Of a stretch of 64,000 bases of DNA, positions 37,053-46,129 are shown in pieces. Each line of letters starts with the position of its first letter. Position 1 is the stretch's first letter. Below the pieces are notes generated by a model. The model saw nothing but the letters and a program-made list of their open reading frames with translations, was not told where the DNA came from and searched no databases. This DNA is from a virus. The position numbers and the translations under genes were made by a program. The DNA lies in IMG/VR virus record IMGVR_UViG_3300019888_000001, positions 18,111 through 82,110 of that record, one strand, 5' to 3'.

Positions 37053-39354
37053 TTAAAACAGTTAAACACGCGGAATCGTATTTTCCACGTTTCATGTCGA
37101 AATGTTGTAGTGCGGAAACGCATACCGGGATTTGCATGGAGTGTGGAAATGCGGCAGTAATGCCGTTTTATTTTGTAGCTACTAAACCGATCCCTGATGC
37201 AATCGCGATTTGTCGCGAAAAACAATTACGCGCGCAACTGCCGGTCGGCGCGTCAATCGTTGGGTTAATCTCTTTATGAACACCAAAATCGAAATCAAAC
37301 TGAAAAACGGTAACACAGTTTATCTTGAAACAAACCGCGCGCCGATACCATCCCTTTGGCTCGGCGAACTAATGCTACAACTTACGAAACATGAAAAAGC
37401 AAAACAAAACTAAAATAGTAATGGCTGTAGCATGGCAACATGGCTGCAGGGTTACGCGGATAACAGATAAAAACCGGCAAACTATCAAGTTTCCGTCTTC
37501 AAAACAAGCTGCTGGTTACATCGGCCGGCTTAAAAACGTGATAATTAAACTCGGATGAAACAAAACGATTGCGAATTGGTTGACGGTAAAACCGGTGAAA
37601 CCGTGTTTCGAGGAAACTTTCCAGACTGCTGGAATCATCCTCAACGTAATGTTGATAGTAAAACTGGTGATTTAGGAGTTTTTTTGTTATCCCGTGAAGC
37701 TGCCAAGAAATATCGCGCAGCGTTGCAGGAAAAAGCGAAATTCCAAAAACAGCTAAAACAACATATAGAAAAAGAAATAGCGCGGGTCACGGCGAAGCCG
37801 CGCAAACGTAAGCAAAATGAAACCTATTAAAATCAGATTCGAGGACAAACCAGATTTAAGTTATGATCTTAGCGGCCAACCTGTTGAGATTGAACGAGTT
37901 ATCGAAGCTGCGCTTGACGGTGAGAATTTGATGAATGTCATTTTCTCGGTTAAAAACGACGGATTAACGTTGACAAAAACCACCAATTTATGCTAGAAGA
38001 TTAATATGAACAAAGAAGAAGAAGTGCAAAAACTACTGGCCGAAGGGATGTCGATTCAAGACATTGTGGATTATTACGAAAATACCCACGATTATGAAGG
38101 AATCGCCGCCGTTTCGGATTTGAACAACGACAACCACTCCGCAAGGATGGATTAATGACAATCGAATTTCGACGTAAACGAGGTAAACGCTTCCAAAAAG
38201 GAGTGCTTTATCTCCATATAGGTAAAATCTCAACCGGCGAATTGAAAACCTTATGCGACTCCGTGTTTAGTAAGAAAAGCCAAGCTCCTGAACACTGTAT
38301 GCCTTACCAAAAAGGTGAAGCATCTGATTATTAACAGTTGAAGTATGAAAACTAATAGGAACATGCTCCCTATAAATCTCTCGGACTTACCGAGGCCATA
38401 AGATATTTTTGCACAGGGACTCGCGCTTGAACATACCACAGGCGCCGGAGAACGAAACTCCATCCTATTTTAGAAGCCCGAAACCAACAACTGAAACAAC
38501 GAGGACTTCGACCATGAAGTCTTATCATGCATTACAACTCGGGCTGTTGTTTGCTATCTTCTCCAACCAACTGCCATACGCATTTGCGAAAGTAATCGGT
38601 GGTCTGTTAAGCCTAACTTATTGTGTGACCGCATGCATTTTAACATTCAAAGAAGAATGAAAAGTAAATACTACGACAATTATCCCGAAGTCAAACGTCA
38701 CATTTTGAATAAACCTGGACATACCGGAACTACAGGACACGATGGTTTCCGACTGCGGAAGAATGGCGAGGGAAGATGGGTGTTTGTTGAAGGGATTAAC
38801 CGACCAATTCCTATCGTTAATCGCCGCGATTCGGCTTGCATGAATAAATGTTTTAAGAAACGAGGATTATGAGACATAAAAAGACAAATTATGAGACACC
38901 AAACACCAAGTAAACGTGCCTGGCGGAGAATGACGAAAAGCATGTCGGTAGCAGGATTGGCGGTAATGCTGATCCAGTTATGGCATACAGCGTATCCATC
39001 CAAACCGTAGACTAATCCAAGCACGGATGAATATTATGAACACAAAACCTGAAAAATACGCACTATTCTTTTGGTATTGCCCGGAAATACCTCAAGCATC
39101 GTTGTTGGAGCAGATTATAGCTCGTCAAGGAAAAGATGCGGATATGGACAAGCCAATGGCTCGACCCGAATCGCCACCGAAAAAGCTAGTCTTTATCAAA
39201 ATGGTAGATTCGGCTGTTGAGTTAAGCTCTCTTATTTCGCGATCACCTACGTTAGATTACGTAATCATGCAAGGCAGCTTGCATGCAGTGAAGGCGTCTA
39301 CGTCGGTGTTCGTTGATGGTAAAAACCTGATGGAAGATCAAATAAACGGATAAT

Positions 39355-39777
39355 ATGGAAGACCCAATAAAACACCGCGATAAATTTATGAAGCACATTC
39401 TTCTAACAGGAGCCGCGCTTATGGTAGCCGGCTGCGCGGATATCCCAACTCATTCCACAAAAGCGCGCGTTACGTTTTACTCACGAGGCGAAGATAAATA
39501 CGGTTCGCGTATCGCCACTGGCGGACGTGCACGAGAAGGTCGCACAGTTGCAGCCTCGACTTTAGTTCCGTTTGGAACAGGAATCCAAATACCCGGCTTG
39601 GCCGGAATCGTTGGTAACGGAAGATTTGTCTGCGAAGATCGTGGTTCAGCAGTGAATCGGGAACGAGCAAGCAGAGGACAGGCGCCGGTGATTGATGTAT
39701 ATTGCGCGTCGCCTGCTAAACGACGACGGCTAGCTCGATCACTTCCTGAATATATGGAGATTAAATATGATAACTAA
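39355..39777 (+). CDS. 3D-domain (MltA-like) lipoprotein, putative peptidoglycan-acting enzyme
   Basis: Lipobox LMVAGC, VTFYS, TVAAS...PFGT, EDRG.A, IDVY. Confidence 0.8.
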   Translation: MEDPIKHRDKFMKHILLTGAALMVAGCADIPTHSTKARVTFYSRGEDKYGSRIATGGRAREGRTVAASTLVPFGTGIQIPGLAGIVGNGRFVCEDRGSAVNRERASRGQAPVIDVYCASPAKRRRLARSLPEYMEIKYDN

Positions 39778-40639
39778 GCCAATGTTAGCGGGCAAATGCA
39801 CAGATATTACTAAGCTGACGTTTCCTGTTTTAGCCACGCCTAAACTCGACGGCATCCGTTGTCTGATGATTAATGGGAAGGCCGTGAGCCGCAAATTCAA
39901 ACCAATTCCGAATAAGTTTATCCGAAGCACGCTTGAAATGACTTGCAGCTCAATGCAGCTCGACGGCGAGATAATGATCGAAGGCCGGTCGTTCAACGAT
40001 CTGTCTGGCGATGTTCGCCGTGAAGATGGACGACCAGATTTTTATTATGCTGTATTCGATTATGTTAAATACGCCAATTCAGACCCCTATCCGAAGCGGG
40101 CGCAACATTTACGAGAAGTAATTCTCCCTGCATGTTGTCGTAAGATTCTGCCAGTGCCGATTGACACTATAGAACAGTTGCAAGCGTATGAGCAAGAGCA
40201 AGTGGCTCTAGGCTACGAGGGAGTTATGGTTCGGTCGTTGCTTTCTCCTTATAAAGGCGGGCGCAGCACGGAGAACGAAGGCTATCTGCTAAAAATAAAA
40301 CGTTTCGAGGATGCCGAGGCCGTAGTCGTCGGATATCGCGAAATGATGCACAATGACAATGTCACTACAAAAGACGCTTTTGGGCGCAGCGAACGAAGCA
40401 GTCACAAAGAAAATCTACGTGGAGCCGGCGTGTTGGGAAACCTCGAGTGTAAAGCCAAGCCCTGGACGACAACATTCGAAATTGGCACCGGATTCGACGC
40501 TAAAACACGGTCTGACCTGTGGGCCAACCGAGATAAGCTTATAGGAAAATTGGTCAAGTTTCGACACCAACCAAGCGGAGCCGGCGCCCGGCCTCGGTTC
40601 CCTACGTTTATTGGCTTCCGTGACGAATGGGATTTATGA
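39767..40639 (+). CDS. lig: ATP-dependent DNA ligase
   Basis: PKLDGIR, LDGE, VFD, YEGVMVR, LLKIK, GTGF, PRFP. Confidence 0.95.
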   Translation: MITKPMLAGKCTDITKLTFPVLATPKLDGIRCLMINGKAVSRKFKPIPNKFIRSTLEMTCSSMQLDGEIMIEGRSFNDLSGDVRREDGRPDFYYAVFDYVKYANSDPYPKRAQHLREVILPACCRKILPVPIDTIEQLQAYEQEQVALGYEGVMVRSLLSPYKGGRSTENEGYLLKIKRFEDAEAVVVGYREMMHNDNVTTKDAFGRSERSSHKENLRGAGVLGNLECKAKPWTTTFEIGTGFDAKTRSDLWANRDKLIGKLVKFRHQPSGAGARPRFPTFIGFRDEWDL

Positions 40640-40833
40640 CACACAAAAACATAACGTTTGACCAAAATATTTGCCAGGGCAGACCGGTTATAACCGGCAC
40701 TGGCATCCGAACAGAAATAATTTTTAGTCGCTTCAAAGCCGGCGAAACTGTCCCTGAACTGGCAGCGGATTACTTGCTACGCCCTTCACAAATAGAAGAT
40801 GCTATTCGATATGAAATCACGAAAACTAACTAA
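40636..40833 (+). CDS. DUF433 family (antitoxin-like) protein
   Basis: I.FDQNICQGRPVITGTGI......RFKAGE...ELAADY.L...QIEDAIRYE. Confidence 0.88.
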   Translation: MTHKNITFDQNICQGRPVITGTGIRTEIIFSRFKAGETVPELAADYLLRPSQIEDAIRYEITKTN

Positions 40834-41246
40834 TCAATGAACCTGGCTCCGCATGTATCTCGCATGGTTTAACGCGAATACATGGTTTGCGGCAGCCACG
40901 ACGAGACAACGCCAATGAGGCCTCCTAGGTGGGAACCAGCCTCATCATGCAGTGACTGTATTTTTGTAGGCCAGCATGAGAATCTGGATATTTGGGTCTG
41001 TCGTAATGCCGAATCTGGGGAATTTGCAATCAACAAACATGGAAAAGCAAAACATGTTTGTTGGTGGGTATAATGAATACGATATATGGATATGTGGTAA
41101 TAGCTACCTTGGTTCTGACAAAACGTATGCTGCCACACCGCACTCTTTATCCTTACTGGCAGATTTGCCAATAATTATTCAAATGGAAATAAGAAAGCTT
41201 ACGGCTCCGTATTTTACGAATGGAAACCTAAACAACCTTTATCTAG

Positions 41247-41720
41247 CTACTGTGAAGATTCGGAACGGGGTAGATCAATGACCTCCCCTTCTGCCATTTC
41301 GTTTATGTTCACTAACGTCTGTTGGACAACCTCGGTGTTGTCTAATCCTGCTGCTCGGCGGGCAGCTTTATCAGCAATGTCGAAGTCGTGCCACGTCTTA
41401 GGCGGCGCTATCCGCGAAGCAGACACGGCTTTCGACGCTTTGTCAAACGCAGCGCCACGATGAAGCTCGGCTTTCTCTGTCCAATTTTCCGCAACTTTAT
41501 CCAGTGCAGAAGGTGTGGGCCGGGTAGTCAACTGTTTAGCCCTCCGGGCAATAGCGGCCGGCGTAGGCCACTTCAATCGGGTAGCCCGAATACGGATCGT
41601 GTTTGATTTGATTCCAAACTCTTTTGCAGCATCGGCGAAACTCATGCCGGCCACGCAAGCTAACTCGATTTCACGCCATAGCTCGACTGGATGAGCTACG
41701 CAACCACCACCATTTTTCAT
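41247..41720 (-). CDS. HTH protein, candidate terminase small subunit
   Basis: W.EI...VAGMSFADAAKEFGIKSNTIR.RA.R.KW; start supported by TTGCGC-N17-TATCGT-N5-ATG. Confidence 0.55.
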   Translation of the reverse strand: MKNGGGCVAHPVELWREIELACVAGMSFADAAKEFGIKSNTIRIRATRLKWPTPAAIARRAKQLTTRPTPSALDKVAENWTEKAELHRGAAFDKASKAVSASRIAPPKTWHDFDIADKAARRAAGLDNTEVVQQTLVNINEMAEGEVIDLPRSESSQ

Positions 41721-42601
41721 ATGCAACGATACCGCAAATCTAAGCCCGGCGCAACAACAGAGTTTTCTAGGTTGGTTAAAACGTTTTGGGAGCAGCGTCT
41801 CCAGATTCCTGACGAGGCCACCAGTGAAGAATGGACTAAAAAGGATGTGCCTCAACCAGTATTACAGGCGACGGGTCTGGAGTACCCATATCAGGTAATA
41901 ATACGCCTTTCTGGTGTAGAAACAAAACTGTTAACCGACTATCGCAAAGAATTTTTGGCATGGCTAGCACTGATGCAATGAACTTATGACTAATGGACAA
42001 ATCTTCAAGCGTCTTTACACCGAGGGCCACTGGTGGGACTTACGACATAGCATTTCAGTAAGTTATGCAGAAGAATACTTTCAATCTCTAACATACGCTT
42101 CGAAAGACTCATGCATCGCAGCACGTCTGCTTCTGAAGCGCGGTCTTGTGGAGTCCTATCTCGTTTGGAGTAGGTTCCGGCAACAATGTGTGTAAGCAAC
42201 CGCGTGCACCACGCTCGGCTATGATTTGTTTGGCTGACAATATTTATTTAGGAGACGGATGCCCACTGGGGCCGGGACCAGGACGACCCGCACGGGTTGA
42301 TTGTTTGTGGCTTGCAACGAAAACGGGAGCCCCACTCTTCTACTTCCACTCGTTACCGGGGATATATTGAGTACGGTCATCCTGTGTCCATCGATCCTCG
42401 GCAAATATTCGTACAAACTAACCAAGTTGGGCTTTTATGAACCTCTCACAATGAAACAGGACTTTACGAATCTTTTGGTTTAAGACTACGAAAGGATTAT
42501 TCCTGGCTTCCAAATGGAACCATAAGTTATGGCCTTGTGAGCGTCATTTCGTAATAACCTACCAAAAAGAATTTGAAGCATGGTTAAACAATAAACAATA
42601 A
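41691..42601 (+). other. Small ORFs and frameshifted remnants of the AWxxLxQ family
   Basis: Ends read KEFLAWLALMQ*, (LTKLG)/AFMNLSQ* and KEFEAWLNNKQ*. Confidence 0.5.
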
Positions 42602-42615
42602 ACAGAAAACAAAAC

Positions 42616-43620
42616 ATGATAGAAACCATAACACTGAAACCGTCCCAGTTAATGGACGCGTTAGCACACTGCGATAAGGCTAAGTTGCGACCCTTCATTG
42701 TGTCGCCGCCTGGCTTAGGCAAGTCCCAGATCGTGGCCCAATACGCCGCGAAGCGCCCGTTCGTGGATACGAGATTGTCTTACGCGAGTCCAATCGACTT
42801 GCGGGGCGTCCCGTATCGCGATGGCGAGAAATGCCAGTTCGCATCACCGGCGGAATATCCGTCGAATGAAGGCACAGTTTGGTTGTTAGACGAGTATTCC
42901 TGTGCCTCGAAACAAGTCCGGAACGCCGCATTGCAGTTGTTGCTGGAAAACAAAATTGGACAATACACTTGTCCTAAAGACACGTTTATCGTGCTAGCGG
43001 GCAACGGTATGTCCGATCGCGCCAACGTAGAGCGAGCGGGTTCTGCGGAAGTCAATCGCATTGTGTTCGTAAGCCTTCGACCCGATCTTACTGATTGGGT
43101 AGAGTGGGCGCTGCCGGCGGGGATTGATCCTCGTATTGTAGCGTTTCTTAACTTCCGACCAGGGTGTTTGCACGACTTCGATCCATCAACTTTTGACGGC
43201 TCGAAAGGGTTTGCCTCGCCAAGATCGTGGGAGTTCACCAACCGCCTTCTGAAAGGCGGATCCACGGGGGCCATAAGACTGGCGCTGATGACAGGGTTGG
43301 TAGGGCAAGGTGCCGCGTTGGAGTTTGAAGCTTTCTTGAAAGTATTCGACAAGCTTCCAGACTTCGATTATGTGCTGGCCAATCCTACGAAAGCAATCGT
43401 GCCGAAGAACGACCCTGCGGTAATGTATGCCATTACTGCCGGTCTTGCTTTGCACGTCACGGAAAAGACAATCAAAAATGCGCTGGTGTATCTCGCTAGA
43501 ATCCCGAAAGAATTCGAGGTTTTCGCAGTTAGAATGGCGCTGAAATCCAAGAGCAAGTTAGCGTATGCTCAAGAAATTATCACATGGGTAAGCAAAAACA
43601 AAGACGTTCTAGCAGGGTAA
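42616..43620 (+). CDS. MoxR/dynein-related AAA+ ATPase
   Basis: SPPGLGKS, WLLDE, LAGN, SPRSW. Confidence 0.9.
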   Translation: MIETITLKPSQLMDALAHCDKAKLRPFIVSPPGLGKSQIVAQYAAKRPFVDTRLSYASPIDLRGVPYRDGEKCQFASPAEYPSNEGTVWLLDEYSCASKQVRNAALQLLLENKIGQYTCPKDTFIVLAGNGMSDRANVERAGSAEVNRIVFVSLRPDLTDWVEWALPAGIDPRIVAFLNFRPGCLHDFDPSTFDGSKGFASPRSWEFTNRLLKGGSTGAIRLALMTGLVGQGAALEFEAFLKVFDKLPDFDYVLANPTKAIVPKNDPAVMYAITAGLALHVTEKTIKNALVYLARIPKEFEVFAVRMALKSKSKLAYAQEIITWVSKNKDVLAG

Positions 43621-44071
43621 GGAACACGGAGTTTATCAAACTTATCCAGGCAATCCGAAAGAAACCCAAGATACAGTTGTATCGCAAGCTACACTATCGA
43701 GATGCTGTTATTAATACATATGATAACCAATGGAAGGATCAGATAGTTTGGTACGGGCCAATGACTATACTGGTAACCGAAGTGTTTTATAAATTAATGA
43801 CCAAGCATAAGAAAGAATTCGAAGCATGGATGAGAATCCAGACTCAAAACCGGCAGGGATAAAGGGTATGATATTGCTTAAACCAAGCGTATACCTATGC
43901 ATGAACCGTGAGGGTTCAGGATACATAGGTGACATTACAGGTAACGCTATTTTTGACCCAGAAGTTTTTGAGGAAGGATTTAAGATAGCCCGTAAACGCG
44001 GATATATCCCATCTAACCTAGATTATAGGCTAACCAAACTCGGAAAAGCAATGATGAATTTAACACAATGA
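43584..44071 (+). CDS. Two small tagged ORFs inserted between the AAA and VWA genes
   Basis: ...KEFEAWMRIQ; ...LTKLGKAMMNLTQ*. Confidence 0.55.
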
Positions 44072-44195
44072 AACAAAACAAACTACCAAGACCCGAAGTG
44101 GCTATCGACCATGATTCGAAAAGAGCTTTATTGTGCAGCAAAAAAGCAACAGAAACAGCTCGATACGACATCAGAAGGGCGTTAAGGTTAAACGA

Positions 44196-45326
44196 ATGAA
44201 CGAACAAGCAAAACGAGTTGAAAAGCAAATGGTGCAATTAGTTCTGACTCAGAGCTTTTTTGCGACACTGCTTTTGCGCATGAAAATCGAGGAGAATAAT
44301 GCTCCGTGGAATCCAACAGCCTGCACCGATGGGGTGCGTATCTATTGGAACTCAGGCTTCATTAAAGGCCTCACGGATGGAGAAATACGAGCGTTGTTGG
44401 TGCATGAAGTCATGCATCCTGCACTGGGTCATTTATGGCGTATCGGAAGTCGAGACTTGCAGAAAAGTAATATCGCGGCGGATCATGCGGTGAACTTATT
44501 CATCCAGTCGATTAACGAAGAAGCCCAAAAACAAGGGCATCAACCGCCGTTGCCGTTGCCAAAGAACGGCTGCTGCGATAAGAAATACGTTGGAATGGGG
44601 ATGGAAGAAATCTACTCCCTGCTCCCTGAGTCCAAAAACAAAAAATATTCCGGGTTCGGAGAGTTCACCAAACCGGCTGCAGGGAAAGACCAAAGTAACA
44701 CAGAAGCGGATTGGAAAATAGCGGTAGTCCAAGCGGCGAACGCCGCTAAACTCTGCGGTAACCAAAGCGCCGCTCTTGATAGGCTTGTCAACGATACTAC
44801 CAAGCCTCAAGTTCCATGGCAGCGTCTGCTGGAGAACTTTGTATCATTGTCATCAGATGACGATTATGATTGGCTGAAGTTTGATCGCAGATACGTCGAC
44901 GAAGGCTGGTACTTCCCGACCGTGTATTCTGAACGGGTAGGTGAACTGGCTGTTATAATCGACACCAGTGGCAGTATCGGAGAGGATACCTTGTCGCAAT
45001 TCCGGTCGGAAGTGCAAGAACTGATGCACACAATGAAGCCTTCAAAACTCGTAGTGTTCTACGCAGATACCGAAATTTGCGCCACGCAAGAGTTTGAGAG
45101 CGGGGATAAAATTGAGTTCAAAGCTAAAGGCGGTGGTGGAACGGACTTCGCTAAACCCCTTAAAGAAGTGAAGAAACGCGGGATCGTGCCTCAATGCTTA
45201 ATCTACCTAACTGATTTGTATGGAACGTTCCCAAAAGAAGCGCCTCCGTTTCCGTTGATCTGGGTTGTAACGCCGGGTGGTGACAAACGTGAAGTTCCAT
45301 TTGGAGAGATTGCTAGGATGGTATGA
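44196..45326 (+). CDS. DUF2201-type metallopeptidase + VWA-like protein
   Basis: TACTDG, HEVMH, NIAAD..VN, IDTSGS, GGGGTDF, YLTD.YG. Confidence 0.9.
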   Translation: MNEQAKRVEKQMVQLVLTQSFFATLLLRMKIEENNAPWNPTACTDGVRIYWNSGFIKGLTDGEIRALLVHEVMHPALGHLWRIGSRDLQKSNIAADHAVNLFIQSINEEAQKQGHQPPLPLPKNGCCDKKYVGMGMEEIYSLLPESKNKKYSGFGEFTKPAAGKDQSNTEADWKIAVVQAANAAKLCGNQSAALDRLVNDTTKPQVPWQRLLENFVSLSSDDDYDWLKFDRRYVDEGWYFPTVYSERVGELAVIIDTSGSIGEDTLSQFRSEVQELMHTMKPSKLVVFYADTEICATQEFESGDKIEFKAKGGGGTDFAKPLKEVKKRGIVPQCLIYLTDLYGTFPKEAPPFPLIWVVTPGGDKREVPFGEIARMV

Positions 45327-46129
45327 TTAAGTTAACTAGCACCGTGTATTTAGACAGCTACGCGCCTGCCAACCTTAGAGAAGTGGGGCGGGATATAGGA
45401 CAGTTTGTTGATAAGGATCATGAACATATTATCGAACCTAAATTTTGGAAGAAAGCTGTAAATGTGGCGGTTAAACGTGGGTTAATTAAAAAACCCCCCT
45501 TTAATCTAGATCTTTGTCTTTGCCCCATCTGTGCCCAGATTCAATTAACAAAATATGGAAAAGCCCTTCTTAAGCTACTCCAATGATACAATTAACCAAA
45601 GACATGCGATACGCTCGCTCTTGGGCTGCCAAAAATAGTTGTTATCTCGGTTCGCATCGGCATGGTTAAAACTTCAACAATGAACCCAAAAACAGTTTTG
45701 CAAACTATTCTAAAATATAAAAGGAGCCCATATGCTCCACCATATTTTCATTATACGGGTATACGGCTAACTCCCTTCAGATATAACATGCTTCTTGTTA
45801 TTTACCCAGGATGGCATCCCGGGTATAAATCAATTAAAAACTCCTCTATTTATATTCCAGAGGAGCTGGCTGCTGCTCTAGAATGGCTTGATACTCCGAA
45901 ACGTCGAAAGCTGCCTATGGCGTGGATCAATTTAGTACAATGAAAATCCCGAACGTAGGCCACTTCTTTTTGCTAACAATAAAATGAAACCGGTAACACG
46001 AAAGTTAAGCGATAATCTATGGTTCCTTTACTGGCCTAAATTAAATCCTGAGTGGGAAATTTGGAATACCCCAGACGGCACGGTAAATTAACAAAATTCG
46101 GAAAAGCCTTGATGAATTTACAACAATGA
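45323..46129 (+). other. Small tagged ORFs (45323-45586, 45680-45943) and two remnants
   Basis: Ends read GKALLKLLQ*, AWLKLQQ*, AWINLVQ* and GKALMNLQQ*. Confidence 0.55.

Larger units (their letters stand above)
35522..38444. repeat. Perfect 24-bp inverted repeat, arms at 35522-35545 and 38421-38444
   Basis: CGCCTGTGGTATGTTCAAGCGCGA versus TCGCGCTTGAACATACCACAGGCG. Confidence 0.95.
36068..39353 (+). other. Dense array of small hypothetical early ORFs (e.g. 36349, 37049, 37555, 38006, 38155, 38638, 39027)
   Basis: Short coupled plus-strand ORFs with no recognisable domains. Confidence 0.55.

Noticed and set aside
40811-40920. TGA recoding suggested by in-frame TGA in small ORFs (also at 38428)
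   Set aside because: Core genes are intact in code 11 and several end in TGA; decay is the simpler explanation.
42616-43620. AAA ATPase as the sigma54 activator
   Set aside because: No GAFTGA loop; it is MoxR-like and paired with a VWA protein.
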